Assembly: GCA_947244325.1 (NCBI GenBank)
Contig: CAMXJY010000001.1
Span: forward strand, 171,322-235,321
Reading direction: 5' to 3'
Source of the DNA: an uncultured Clostridium sp.
GTDB lineage: Bacteria; Bacillota; Clostridia; TANB77; CAG-508
Length of the DNA stretch: 64,000 nt
In this document: positions 39,639-50,467 of the stretch, one piece after another
How the letters are laid out: each line of letters opens with the position of its first letter
Numbering within the stretch: position 1 is the first letter of the stretch
Position numbers and translations under genes: made by a program
Notes under the pieces: generated by a model
Databases searched by the model: none
What the model was told of the DNA's origin: nothing
Seen by the model: only the letters and a program-made list of their open reading frames with translations

Positions 39639-41492
39639 CTATTTTTTCTTTAAGATTACTCCTGCTTCATTTTGGAAAACTAAATCATATTTATCAATTG
39701 ATTCGTATTTGTCTCCTGTAAATAATACGAAGAATTCTTTTTCATCTTCTTTCATCCAATCATCTACACTTGTTTCAACTACTGCTTTTTGTAAATCATT
39801 TATAGATTCTCCGCCACAATTTATTCTTGATATAACATAAATCCATGCTTTACAGTTTGTATTCATTCCACCTACTAACATATTCTTTAATGTTAATCCT
39901 TCTACTTCTCCCATAGCTTCTGCAAGTTTTACTCTATTTGCATCTACTATACAAGAAACATTTATATTAGCTGTAGCTGCCACATTTGTTTCATAATAAA
40001 TTCCTGCCATACTATGTGTTCTACAAGGGTCTATATTATATACACTACTAGCTTCTATTAATGTTGGAGCTTTTTGCTGAAGTTTATCTTCTGTTCCTGA
40101 AACTGCTACATATATAATTAAACACCAAGCTACTAAATATGTTATAAGTGCTACTTGTAATTCTTTATTTTCATTAATATCACACATTACTTCTACCGCT
40201 ACTTCTACTACTAATATCCATAATATATAGTAAATTTTATAATAGTAATATGCTGATACTATTCCTACTATTGCACCTGCAAATGTAACTAAAGCTTGAG
40301 CTCCTAATATAATTAAAGCTACTGATTGATAATTAAACTTTTTACTTTTTATTGTCTTATAAACAAATATTGCAAGTAGTGGTATATAGAATAATAAGTC
40401 TTGATATAAAGATTTATAAATTCCACCATCAAATCCTATTGCATCTGTTAATTTATTTTGGTCACTGTCTGTAAATGTTGGTATTACTAAATAAAGTATT
40501 GCTAAAACAGTAACTACTAATAGTAATCCTGTTATTATTAATGTTGATTTTTTGAAAATTTTTAAATAACTTTTTTCGTCTTTTTTTGCAAAGTCTTTTA
40601 TAAAAACATATATACAAATAAATGCAAATAATGCTGGTACAAATAAGCAGTATGAGAATATTATTCCTATACCCATTAATATTATTAAACTTAATATTGT
40701 TATAAAGTTTGCTTCTTCTTTATCATATATTTTAGCTAAATAGAATAATCCTGTTGCAAAAGCTATTCCTGTACTTAAATATGAAAATCCATATAATAAA
40801 CTTGTATATGGATATGCAAATGCATATAGTATTAAAAATACTATTCCTATTGCATAATTTTGTTTTGTTTTTAATTTATCTGATATTAACATATAGAATC
40901 CTAATACATTTAGTAATAAAATTCCCATTTCAAATATTTTAAAAGTTACAAAATCTTTAAATTCTGGCATTATGCTTCTTACAACACTCATAAAGATTCC
41001 TGTATTTATGTATGCTCCTGTTTGCATTGTTTTAAAATTATATCCAGTTTGATTATCTATTTTTGAAAGTACTTTCATATTATCTGCAAAGTTTGTGGCA
41101 GCACTATAATGCATACAAGCATCTACTGATGCATTTGCCATAGTTTTTGAAAGTGGAGCATATTGAGACACTGCCATATAACATAAAATTATTACTGCAA
41201 TGGCTACACCTACAAAATCCCTTTTTCTAATTTCAAAACTTTGTATTTTTTTATCTTTGTAAATTTTAAATCCTAATCCTGCTGTTACTACTAAATCTAC
41301 AATTGATAAAAACAACAAGTTCGTAGTAACATTTAATACTCCAAATATCATACATACCATAATATTAAATGCTAAGTATGCTATTAGTGAAATTATACAC
41401 CAATTAATTAAATTTACTTTTTTATCACTTTTCTTTACTAGCACAAAACTTGCTAGCATAGCAATAACTGTTAAACAATAGAAAATTCCCAT
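39639..41492 (-). CDS. polytopic membrane protein, GT-C-like (paralog of 41569..43683); candidate membrane glycosyltransferase/polymerase/oligosaccharyltransferase
   Basis: 617 aa, more than 12 TM helices plus a C-terminal soluble domain. N-terminus MGIFYCLTVIAML... is paralogous to MGILYIITLIILG... of the next gene. Confidence 0.5.
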   Translation of the reverse strand: MGIFYCLTVIAMLASFVLVKKSDKKVNLINWCIISLIAYLAFNIMVCMIFGVLNVTTNLLFLSIVDLVVTAGLGFKIYKDKKIQSFEIRKRDFVGVAIAVIILCYMAVSQYAPLSKTMANASVDACMHYSAATNFADNMKVLSKIDNQTGYNFKTMQTGAYINTGIFMSVVRSIMPEFKDFVTFKIFEMGILLLNVLGFYMLISDKLKTKQNYAIGIVFLILYAFAYPYTSLLYGFSYLSTGIAFATGLFYLAKIYDKEEANFITILSLIILMGIGIIFSYCLFVPALFAFICIYVFIKDFAKKDEKSYLKIFKKSTLIITGLLLVVTVLAILYLVIPTFTDSDQNKLTDAIGFDGGIYKSLYQDLLFYIPLLAIFVYKTIKSKKFNYQSVALIILGAQALVTFAGAIVGIVSAYYYYKIYYILWILVVEVAVEVMCDINENKELQVALITYLVAWCLIIYVAVSGTEDKLQQKAPTLIEASSVYNIDPCRTHSMAGIYYETNVAATANINVSCIVDANRVKLAEAMGEVEGLTLKNMLVGGMNTNCKAWIYVISRINCGGESINDLQKAVVETSVDDWMKEDEKEFFVLFTGDKYESIDKYDLVFQNEAGVILKKK

Positions 41493-41568
41493 ATTTTTTC
41501 TCCTACTAAACTTTTACAATAATTTATATTGTTATATATTTATTTTTATATTGCAATAACGCACATTA

Positions 41569-43683
41569 TTATCTATTAATTTTAGCTACAAATCCATTTT
41601 CGTTTTCAAATAATATTTCTATTTCATCCATTTGCTTAATTTCTTTTAATTCTTCTTTATATTTGTTTAGTTCTGTTTGTTCTTCTATTACAGTTTGTAC
41701 AATATATTTCTTTTCTGGATTACTAATTGCAGTTTCTACTGTGTAAGGTGTCATATCTTGAACAAAGTTTTCATATTTTATATCATCACTTGTAATTTCA
41801 AGTAATGCTGTTGCCCAAATTCTATTATAATAATATCCGCCTGTTAATAATTCTATATTATTTGCTGTTAAGTCTTCTATATTTTCTCTTGCATATTTTA
41901 CAATTTCTATTTCATTAGAATTAAAGTTTTGCATTAAATCTATTAATTTTCTATGTTCACAATTTTCTAAGTAATATATTCCTACTAAATTTGGAAGTGA
42001 ATGTTTTTTCTCTTCACTTATTACATGACCTGATTTTATCCAAACCCATCCACATACAAAAACTGCCCATATAACTACACATGTAAATCCTGTAGTTTTT
42101 AAGTTAATTTTCTTTAATTTTTCAAATTTCTCAAAATTGATTTTCTTTAGTATTTCTGGAAGTACTACATATAATGCTAAGAATAAACCTATAGATATTC
42201 CTACATATACTTTTGCTGCATTTACTAATATTTTAAACTTTTCTTCTACTGGTAGTGCAGATTGCATTACTGCAAATGTTCTCGAATGTATTAAAGCATA
42301 AAATAATATACTAAATAATGCAAATATTATTGCATCAATTCTAAATTGCTTCTCTTCTATGTACTCATTCATTAAATCTATAGTAACCGCAAATATAACC
42401 ATCCACATTATAAAATAAACTTTAAGCATATAATATGGTGCTACTAATCCATATCTTAATCCTAAATATAAACAAGCTAAACATCCCATTATGCATACTG
42501 CAAAAACATCCATATATCTTAAATTTTTATTTTTAATTCTTTTTATTAATTCAGCAAAATATAAAACTGCAAATGGTATATATGGTATAAAGTTTGTGAA
42601 TTTTTCTGAATATATTGCTCCATCTATTTTTAAAGCATTTACTAAATCAGTTTGTCCTTCTATATAAAATGTTGGTATAAACAAATAGCAAATTCCTACA
42701 GCTGTTATTACAAGTAACATTCCAGTTACAATTAAAGTAGTTTTCTTAAATATTTTTAAGAAAGTTTTTCCTTCTACTGTAAAATCCTTTAAGAATGTAT
42801 AAATACATATACCTGCAAATACTGCTGGTACAAATAAACAATATGAGAATATTAATCCTGTCCCACAAATACCAATTAATGCAATTACTAAAGCTTTATT
42901 TATTTTCTCTTTAGAATAAAGCATTTCTACTACTGTTAAAAGCATAGCTACCATCATTATTCCCACTGATAAATATGAAAATCCATAAATCCATGAGTTA
43001 TATGGATATCCATAAATATATAATGCAAATAAAATTACTGTTCCAATTAATCCTTTTTTAGTTTCTACTTTTTCCATAACTGCTGAATAAAATGCAAATC
43101 CACTTAAAAATAATACTAAAGTTTCAAACATTTGATATATGTAGCAATGGTCAAGTCCTGTAATCCCATTTATTACATTCATAAATATACCATCATTTAT
43201 ATATGCACCTGTTTGCATTACATTAAAATTAAAAAATGTTTTATCTTCTACATTTACAAATATATTCAAATTATCTGAATAATGTTTTGCTGCTCTATAA
43301 TGAATTGATGAATCAACTGCAAAATGTGTTATATCGCCTTTATATATGTATAAATCTTTTACAAACATTACTGTAAATATTGCTAAAATAATTACAATTC
43401 CTGCAATATCTAATTTTCTAACAAAATATTTTTGAATATCTTTGTATCTTATTACTCTATAACTCAAAACAAGTGCAACTACTAAATTTATTATAGATAA
43501 AAGCCAAATATCTGCTGTAATATTTAATAGACCTAAAACCATTCCGATTACAACATTATATCCAAATAAGGATACAAAATAAATTATTAGCCATTTGATA
43601 AAGTTAATTTTTTCATCTGTTTTTTTGAACATCATAAAACTTATTCCAAGTATTATTAATGTGATTATGTACAATATTCCCAT
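41569..43683 (-). CDS. polytopic membrane protein, GT-C-like (paralog of 39639..41492)
   Basis: 704 aa, many TM helices + a C-terminal extracytoplasmic domain. Preceded by a conserved 37-nt motif. Confidence 0.5.
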   Translation of the reverse strand: MGILYIITLIILGISFMMFKKTDEKINFIKWLIIYFVSLFGYNVVIGMVLGLLNITADIWLLSIINLVVALVLSYRVIRYKDIQKYFVRKLDIAGIVIILAIFTVMFVKDLYIYKGDITHFAVDSSIHYRAAKHYSDNLNIFVNVEDKTFFNFNVMQTGAYINDGIFMNVINGITGLDHCYIYQMFETLVLFLSGFAFYSAVMEKVETKKGLIGTVILFALYIYGYPYNSWIYGFSYLSVGIMMVAMLLTVVEMLYSKEKINKALVIALIGICGTGLIFSYCLFVPAVFAGICIYTFLKDFTVEGKTFLKIFKKTTLIVTGMLLVITAVGICYLFIPTFYIEGQTDLVNALKIDGAIYSEKFTNFIPYIPFAVLYFAELIKRIKNKNLRYMDVFAVCIMGCLACLYLGLRYGLVAPYYMLKVYFIMWMVIFAVTIDLMNEYIEEKQFRIDAIIFALFSILFYALIHSRTFAVMQSALPVEEKFKILVNAAKVYVGISIGLFLALYVVLPEILKKINFEKFEKLKKINLKTTGFTCVVIWAVFVCGWVWIKSGHVISEEKKHSLPNLVGIYYLENCEHRKLIDLMQNFNSNEIEIVKYARENIEDLTANNIELLTGGYYYNRIWATALLEITSDDIKYENFVQDMTPYTVETAISNPEKKYIVQTVIEEQTELNKYKEELKEIKQMDEIEILFENENGFVAKINR

Positions 43684-43720
43684 AATTCTTCCCCTTACAA
43701 ATTTTTTTAATATATTTCTA

Positions 43721-43763
43721 AATATTTGCCACGCATCCTATGGGAGGCTTGCAAAAACTAATA
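43721..43763 (-). promoter_or_regulatory. conserved leader motif copy 1 (..TATTAG(T/C)TTTGCA(A/G)G(C/T)CTCCCATA..GCGT.. on the minus strand)
   Basis: About 37-nt block with roughly 75% identity to 48261..48297. Both sit about 35-90 nt upstream of large membrane-protein genes. Confidence 0.4.
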
Positions 43764-45009
43764 CATTTTCTTCTGTTCTTTATGCATGATAATTTTAGTA
43801 ACTATTGTATACATTATAAATTGTATAGCCAAAGTTGTTGTACACGAAAAAGTTGCTCCATTTATTCCTAGTCCTAAATTTCCTACTAATACATTTGAGC
43901 CTATAAAAGCTATAATCATTGAAATAATATAAATTACAAATTGCACAAACGTATGTCTTATTGTTGTTAATGTTACTAGATTTATATAAGATATTGCATA
44001 GAATATATATGAACCAATTATTACACATAAATTCATTCTATATGCTTTTAAATCTAATCCATATATTAATCCTAAAAATTCTGGTCCAAGTAAGAATGCT
44101 GCAAGAACTGCAAATCCACCAAAAGCTATAACTATTAATTTTATTTTAAAAGTTACCTTTTCAATTTCTTTTAGTTCTTTTCTTTCATACATGTCTTTTA
44201 GTTTTCCTAAAAATGGCATTACTATAAATTGTGTAAATAATGTCATTACTGTTGCTGGCATCATTATATATCCATATATTGCTTGAATGTCTTCTGTTAA
44301 GTAACTGTCTATTGCATACTTTGGAGCATTTAATATGTATATTCCTGCAAATGAATTTACAAATACAAAAAATTCAGATTTTAAAATTTGTAAAACATTT
44401 TTCATATTTACTTTATTTGTATTATCTATAAGTTTTCTTGTAATTATAAAATAATCATATATTACTAACACAAAAACATTTACAATTATTACTGCTAAAC
44501 ATGCAAGTCTTAAATCTCTTGTAATTAAATCTACTATTAAAAATAATGCTATTCCGAACAAATCCCTTTAACGTTAAAGATTGTCCTGATTTATATAAAA
44601 TATCATTTTTTTGCATTACACCATAAAGAATATCTGAAAAAGCCTCTAATCCTTTAAATATCGCAAGTAATGCAAATATTGTAGTTTTAAATGTTGGATA
44701 TTGTTTTATACATAAAAATCCTGTTGCTCCAATAAGCATCAACATACATGTAATAAATCTATTAGTTATATAATCTTTATCTTTTATTTTATTTTCTATG
44801 TCTGTTACTTGACATAGTCTTCCAGAATACATTGCTAATGTATAAAGTATTGTTGCTGTAGCATATGCTATTGAAAATATACCTGCTGTTTGAATATCAT
44901 TAACTCTTGTTACTATAATTAAAAAAAATAGTGAGTTAAATGAGTTTATTCCAGTTCCTAAACTATTCCATATAAAATTTTTCAAAAAAGATTTTTTTTC
45001 TGAATCCAT
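43758..45009 (-). pseudogene. wzx: Wzx-type (MOP/polysaccharide biosynthesis family) flippase split by a 1-nt frameshift (184-aa N-part + about 265-aa C-part)
   Basis: N-part MDSEKKSFLKNFIWNSLGTGINSF...IVTRV..AGIFS matches the Wzx N-terminus; the C-part continues the TM helices. Frames rejoin if one C is removed from coding GTT-C-GGA-ATA (+ strand ttccGaacaa, ~44545). Confidence 0.6.
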
Positions 45010-45917
45010 TATAAAACTCCTAATATAAAAATTATCCTTAAAGCTAAATCATCTACTAAACTTTTTCTAATTCTTTTTGGATAAAATGCCTTTTTTAAAG
45101 CTATAAAGAAATTATATTTTTCTTTTGAAAATAAATCTAAAATCTTTTTATTTTCTTCTGATAATTCTTCATAATATATATCTTTAAAATTAATCATTTG
45201 TTGCTTAATATCTTTCATTCCATTTTTGAATAATAGATTTTTTATTCTCCAAATAAGTAATCTAATATATCCTTGACCTTCTGATGTTGCATTCTCTTTT
45301 CTTCTTCTATATTTAACAGTTACAACATTGTTGTATGCAACATTTCCCAAACCTATACACAATATGTAAGTCCACCAATCATGAAAGAAACATGAATTTG
45401 GCATTTTTTCTATAATCATATCTCTTGTTTTTTTATTTACTGTCATTGTCATTCCTTGACCAACACAAGCAAATAAAGATTTTAAAAATGAATATTCTTT
45501 GTCTTTTTCTCCTGCTGATATAAAATTCATATTTTCATCATAATAATCTGAATTTCCAAAAACCATATTAGGTTTTTCTTCATCTAATTCATTTAAAGCA
45601 TTTACTGCAAGTTCAATTTTATTTTCCATCCAAATATCATCTTGATCTGCATATGAATAATAATCCGCTTCAGCAAGTTTTAATAACTCGAAAAAACTTT
45701 TTACAAATCCAAGATTTTCACCTTGAAATAATTTTATATTTTCATATTTTTCTTGATATTCTTTTATTATTTCTACTGTTTTATCTTTTGAACCATCATC
45801 TCTTACAACTAACTCTATATTTTTATAAGTTTGATTTAATATTGAATCTAGTTGCTCTCTTATAAAAGGCTCTCCATTATATGTAGACATTATTATTGCT
45901 ACTTTCTTATCTGCCAT
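45009..45917 (-). CDS. glycosyltransferase family 2
   Basis: 302 aa (VAIIMSTYNGEPFIREQLDSILNQTY, DDGSKD, QDD). Confidence 0.75.
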   Translation of the reverse strand: MADKKVAIIMSTYNGEPFIREQLDSILNQTYKNIELVVRDDGSKDKTVEIIKEYQEKYENIKLFQGENLGFVKSFFELLKLAEADYYSYADQDDIWMENKIELAVNALNELDEEKPNMVFGNSDYYDENMNFISAGEKDKEYSFLKSLFACVGQGMTMTVNKKTRDMIIEKMPNSCFFHDWWTYILCIGLGNVAYNNVVTVKYRRRKENATSEGQGYIRLLIWRIKNLLFKNGMKDIKQQMINFKDIYYEELSEENKKILDLFSKEKYNFFIALKKAFYPKRIRKSLVDDLALRIIFILGVL

Positions 45918-45999
45918 TTTCTAGTCCTTTCAGGGGTTAATTTTAAGTATAATTCTTTTTTATATTTCATTCACATTCAAATCTTACTGTTTAAAATAA

Positions 46000-48171
46000 T
46001 TATTTAACTTTATAAATATACATTCCATCTTCATTATAGATTTCTTCAAATTCATCTTTAAATGATTTCTCACTAAAATCTTCTTTTGAAAGAATATATT
46101 TTATATTTAATTTTTCTAAATCTTTATAATTTAATTTAATTGCTACATTATCTGCATATAATAACTCTACATCTGATTCTTCGTCTGTAACTTTAAAGTT
46201 TATATGTGCATATCTATTATATGTTATTCTATTTTCTTCAGCTTTGTCTCCTAAAATTGTTTCAAATAATTCTAAGTTTGGATACACTCCTGTTGAATTT
46301 ATTGTACGAATTCCATTTGCTACCGCATAATCATTTATATACCATCCATCTTCATGTACAGCCCATATAGCATCTGGATCTGTTTCTTTTATTTCTTGCA
46401 TTTTAATAGCAACTGGTTTTGTATAGAATATATCTGTTGTTCTAATTACTGGATTTACAGTTAGTCCAGACATTAAAGCTATTATAATTAATCCGTATAT
46501 AGTATAATTTTTAATTTTTTCATTATTGATATTTAAAATGCCATAAATTGCTGCTCCAAATATTTCAAGTGATACTAACATCTTAAAATTATCTAAATAA
46601 TTTGGATTAAAATCAAGTGTTGATTTTGCTTTATAAGCAATAAACAATGTAAATAAAACTGTTAAAACATATGTAACTTTTTTATTTATTAGTTTATCTT
46701 CTTTTTCAAAATTTCCAATTAAATAAATTAACATATAAATACATACTGTACCAAGTGGTATGCTTACTCTTCCAGCTGTTGTCATAGACATTTTTGTTAT
46801 TTTAGCTAAAATTTCTGGAAATCCAAATACACACCAAATACTTAAGAAACCACCAACAACTAACATTGGAATCCAAAAATGTAAATCTTTTTTATTTCTT
46901 AAAACATAAATTAATCCAAGTATCATTGGTATTGGGAAAAATGATAACATGCTTGACACTTCACAAGGATTTGGAAAATCATATTTAGGTAAGAAAATAT
47001 CATAAAAATATGAATATATATTTCTTGATCCTCCACCTACTTCGCATCTTTCTCCTGGATAATCTGTACTCATTTCAGCAACAAGTGTATCTTTTGATAA
47101 GCTATACCATCTTCCAAGCAATAGTACTAAAGCAATGACAGTAACTAATATTACTACAATATCATGTTTATTAAATTTGTAATTTCCATATTTTATATTT
47201 TTGATAGCTATCCATATTACTAATGCTAAGAATAAATATCCAAATGATAATTGCCATGCTGGATAAAATACAAATATATAGGATAGTCCCGCAATTAGTA
47301 TTCCAAGTGCGCATAAATATTTATTTCTCTTTTTATCTGTGTTCATAAATTTATCTAGTAAGACAATTGCAATTTGTCCCCATAAAAGAGTATCCATACA
47401 ATACCACCATTGTACTGCTGATGAAAATGTTATTACTAACATTCCACATAAAGATACTTTTTTATTTTTCTTTGTTAGTATTAAGCATAATTCATAAGAA
47501 CCTAGTAACATTGCTGTTAATCTTGCATACCAATAAAAGCTTAATCCTACATCATTTCCAAATAATAAAAATCCTATTTGAAATGGTCTTCCAAGCATTA
47601 AAATATCTGCTACAGGTGCATTAGCAACTGTAAACATATCTGTATCTGTTCCTCTTAAAACATTATTAAAATAACTAAATGGATGCTCCGCTTTACTTTG
47701 AGATAATATGTATGTAGTTGAAGTTGCCCATTCATCAGTTCTTATTGGTCTTGTATTTCCAATTAATGTATGATATCTTGTATCATCATGATGTGGTTGT
47801 ATTAATCCATTCCATATATGAAAATTTACTATTGATGAGCCTGAATATTTAAAAACCATTACAAATAGTAAAAAGGCACAAGCAATTTTGTACCTATGAT
47901 TATGTATAAATTCATACATTTTTGAAAGTTTAAATACGAAATGTAATCCTATAAACATAAATATTATAGAAACTAACATAATTCTATTTTTTGAAATAAA
48001 TTCTGGATGTGTTTTTCTAAAAATTGTATATTCACATGCAATTGATAATAAAATAGAAACTACAAAAACTAACACAAGTTTTATTTTTGTGCAATTTTCT
48101 TTATTTATAAAATATTTAAATTTATCTTCACAAGTTTTATATAAACTTCCAATTTTCTCATTAATATTCAT
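46000..48171 (-). CDS. large polytopic membrane protein (GT-C/YfhO-like?), candidate glycan polymerase or transferase
   Basis: 723 aa, many TM helices and a C-terminal soluble domain. Preceded by conserved motif copy 2. Confidence 0.45.
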   Translation of the reverse strand: MNINEKIGSLYKTCEDKFKYFINKENCTKIKLVLVFVVSILLSIACEYTIFRKTHPEFISKNRIMLVSIIFMFIGLHFVFKLSKMYEFIHNHRYKIACAFLLFVMVFKYSGSSIVNFHIWNGLIQPHHDDTRYHTLIGNTRPIRTDEWATSTTYILSQSKAEHPFSYFNNVLRGTDTDMFTVANAPVADILMLGRPFQIGFLLFGNDVGLSFYWYARLTAMLLGSYELCLILTKKNKKVSLCGMLVITFSSAVQWWYCMDTLLWGQIAIVLLDKFMNTDKKRNKYLCALGILIAGLSYIFVFYPAWQLSFGYLFLALVIWIAIKNIKYGNYKFNKHDIVVILVTVIALVLLLGRWYSLSKDTLVAEMSTDYPGERCEVGGGSRNIYSYFYDIFLPKYDFPNPCEVSSMLSFFPIPMILGLIYVLRNKKDLHFWIPMLVVGGFLSIWCVFGFPEILAKITKMSMTTAGRVSIPLGTVCIYMLIYLIGNFEKEDKLINKKVTYVLTVLFTLFIAYKAKSTLDFNPNYLDNFKMLVSLEIFGAAIYGILNINNEKIKNYTIYGLIIIALMSGLTVNPVIRTTDIFYTKPVAIKMQEIKETDPDAIWAVHEDGWYINDYAVANGIRTINSTGVYPNLELFETILGDKAEENRITYNRYAHINFKVTDEESDVELLYADNVAIKLNYKDLEKLNIKYILSKEDFSEKSFKDEFEEIYNEDGMYIYKVK

Positions 48172-48260
48172 CTTTTAAATTCCTTTTATTTTATATTTTA
48201 TCTTAATTATAAATAAAGCTTTATACATTTATTCATATTTTTCAAATAATAAAAAATAAA

Positions 48261-48297
48261 GTGACGCGCAGTATGGGAGACCTGCAAAGCTAATATG
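48261..48297 (-). promoter_or_regulatory. conserved leader motif copy 2
   Basis: See 43721..43763. Followed by the 9-bp hairpin ATGTTTCAA/TTGAAACAT (48295-48316). Confidence 0.4.
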
Positions 48298-48407
48298 TTT
48301 CAATTTATTGAAACATGGTCGACCAGTAAGGAACGCTATTTTTTATTATTTCAAAAACATGAATAAATAACAAAATACTTTTATATATAACTATTAATAA
48401 AAATAGA

Positions 48408-49448
48408 TTACCATTTTACTTCTAATTTCACTACATCTAATAAAAATCTATTTACCCAAATATAAACTATAGGTAAATGAATTCTATAAAATAAATGAAC
48501 TCCCCAAATACAAATATGTTTAAATCCTTTTGGAAGGCAATGTACAATTCTAAAGTGCTTACTATTTTTCCATTCTGGGAAATTTTCATTTAAGTATGTT
48601 ATAATCTCTTTTAAAGCTTTATTCATTTTTACTGATTTATCATATGATAGCATAAAAGCCCAAGATATGGCTAAATGTAAAAATGCCATAGTAGCTAATG
48701 TTTCTTTATATTCTTCATATTTTCCAATTTTAACAGCATGTTCTTTAGTTACAAGTAAGTATTTCTTTAAATTTTCTATATCTTTAGAATTTAAAGAATG
48801 TATTTGTGAGCTTGAACGTAAATAATAATGATATAAAACATCTGGTATAAAAGTTAGTTTTTTAACTCCATCCATATATGAATGAATTAAAAATAATGTA
48901 TCATTACATCCTCTAAAAGGTAAAAATTCTAAATGTTTAACCTTTTCTAATCTATATAATTTATTCCATAAAGAAGGGTTTGCATATACTATAAAATCAT
49001 CATTCCAATCGACTTCTTTATTCATTACTCCATATTGTGTCATTTCTGTTGAAACTACTTTTCCTGTTTCAAGTTCAACTCTATCATATCCACAAAATGC
49101 TATATCAGCATCATTTTCTTTTGCTGCATTATATAATTTCTCAGCCCATGTAACTTCTGGAATATCATCACTATCAATAAATCCGACATATTCTCCTGTA
49201 GCTTGTTTTAATCCATAAGTTCTTGCTGACCATTCTCCACCATTTTCTTTATGAAAAGTTTTTACTTTGTTTGGATATCTTTTTTTATAATCCTCTATAA
49301 TTTCTGGTGCTGAATCTGTTGAGCCATCATCTACACAAAGTATTTCTATATCTTCTAAAGTTTGATTTACAAGTGCATCTAAACATTTTGGAATATATTT
49401 TTCTAAATTATATATTGGTACAACAATAGAAACTTTTACCGAACTCAT
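48408..49448 (-). CDS. glycosyltransferase family 2
   Basis: 346 aa (VSIVVPIYNLEKYIPKCLDALVNQT, DDGSTD, DSDD). Confidence 0.75.
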   Translation of the reverse strand: MSSVKVSIVVPIYNLEKYIPKCLDALVNQTLEDIEILCVDDGSTDSAPEIIEDYKKRYPNKVKTFHKENGGEWSARTYGLKQATGEYVGFIDSDDIPEVTWAEKLYNAAKENDADIAFCGYDRVELETGKVVSTEMTQYGVMNKEVDWNDDFIVYANPSLWNKLYRLEKVKHLEFLPFRGCNDTLFLIHSYMDGVKKLTFIPDVLYHYYLRSSSQIHSLNSKDIENLKKYLLVTKEHAVKIGKYEEYKETLATMAFLHLAISWAFMLSYDKSVKMNKALKEIITYLNENFPEWKNSKHFRIVHCLPKGFKHICIWGVHLFYRIHLPIVYIWVNRFLLDVVKLEVKW

Positions 49449-49450
49449 TA

Positions 49451-50392
49451 TTATACATTTTCCTTTCTAGATTTCAAATCTTTTTCACAATCAATTAATC
49501 TCATTTCAAAATTTTGTTTTGAGTTTTGTATAATATTATCTAATGTTAGCCCTGTAAAAATTGATTGAAGTGTACATACAAAAAGTAACATACTTAAAAT
49601 AATTGATGGCACTTTTATTTCTCCTGTTTTAAACATTACTATAACTGCTGGAATAAAGAATATTAACCCAATAACAGCTATTATAAATGAAATTATTAAA
49701 AAGAAATTAAGTGGTTTATAATTTTTATAAAAACCAAATATTGTTTTTATAACTCTAATTCCATCTGGTATAGTATTTAATTTTGAAGGACTATCTGCTG
49801 GTCTATCTCTATATTCTATTATTATATTTTTTACTTTTAAATTTTTATCTAAACAATGAATTGTCATTTCTGTTTCTAATTCAAAACCTTTAGACATAAC
49901 AGGAAATGTTTTTACAAATTTATAACTAAATGCTCTTAATCCTGTCATAACATCTCTTATATCACTTTTATAAATTCTATTTATTAATGCTCTTACTGTT
50001 ACATTTCCTATATTATGAAATGGTCTTTTATTTTCTGTGAAATATGTTGAAGAAAGCCTGTCTCCTATTACCATGTCTACATTTTCTTCTAAAACTGCTT
50101 TTACCATTTCTTTTGCACTTTCTGCTGGATATGTATCATCACCATCTACCATTATATAGACCTCTGCATCTATTTCTCTAAACATAGTTCTAATAACATT
50201 TCCTTTTCCTTGCTTAGTCTCATATCTAACTATTGCTCCTGCATCTTTTGCAATTTTATCTGTTCCATCTTTTGAGTTATTGTCATATACATAAATAGTA
50301 GCTTCAGGTAATTCTTTTTTAAAATCCTCTACTACTTTTTTTATTGTTTTAGACTCATTATAACAAGGTATTAGTACCGCTACTTTGTCCAT
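49451..50392 (-). CDS. gtrB: polyprenyl-phosphate sugar synthase (GtrB/CsbB/ArnC-like GT2 with C-terminal TM helices)
   Basis: 313 aa (VAVLIPCYNESKTI, DNNSKDGT, DGDD) + 2 C-terminal TM helices. Confidence 0.75.
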   Translation of the reverse strand: MDKVAVLIPCYNESKTIKKVVEDFKKELPEATIYVYDNNSKDGTDKIAKDAGAIVRYETKQGKGNVIRTMFREIDAEVYIMVDGDDTYPAESAKEMVKAVLEENVDMVIGDRLSSTYFTENKRPFHNIGNVTVRALINRIYKSDIRDVMTGLRAFSYKFVKTFPVMSKGFELETEMTIHCLDKNLKVKNIIIEYRDRPADSPSKLNTIPDGIRVIKTIFGFYKNYKPLNFFLIISFIIAVIGLIFFIPAVIVMFKTGEIKVPSIILSMLLFVCTLQSIFTGLTLDNIIQNSKQNFEMRLIDCEKDLKSRKENV

Positions 50393-50467
50393 ATTTTTTT
50401 GTTCCTTTCAAAATTTGATATTTTTCGCATTCATTATAACATAATTTTCTACTTTTTCAAATATTAT

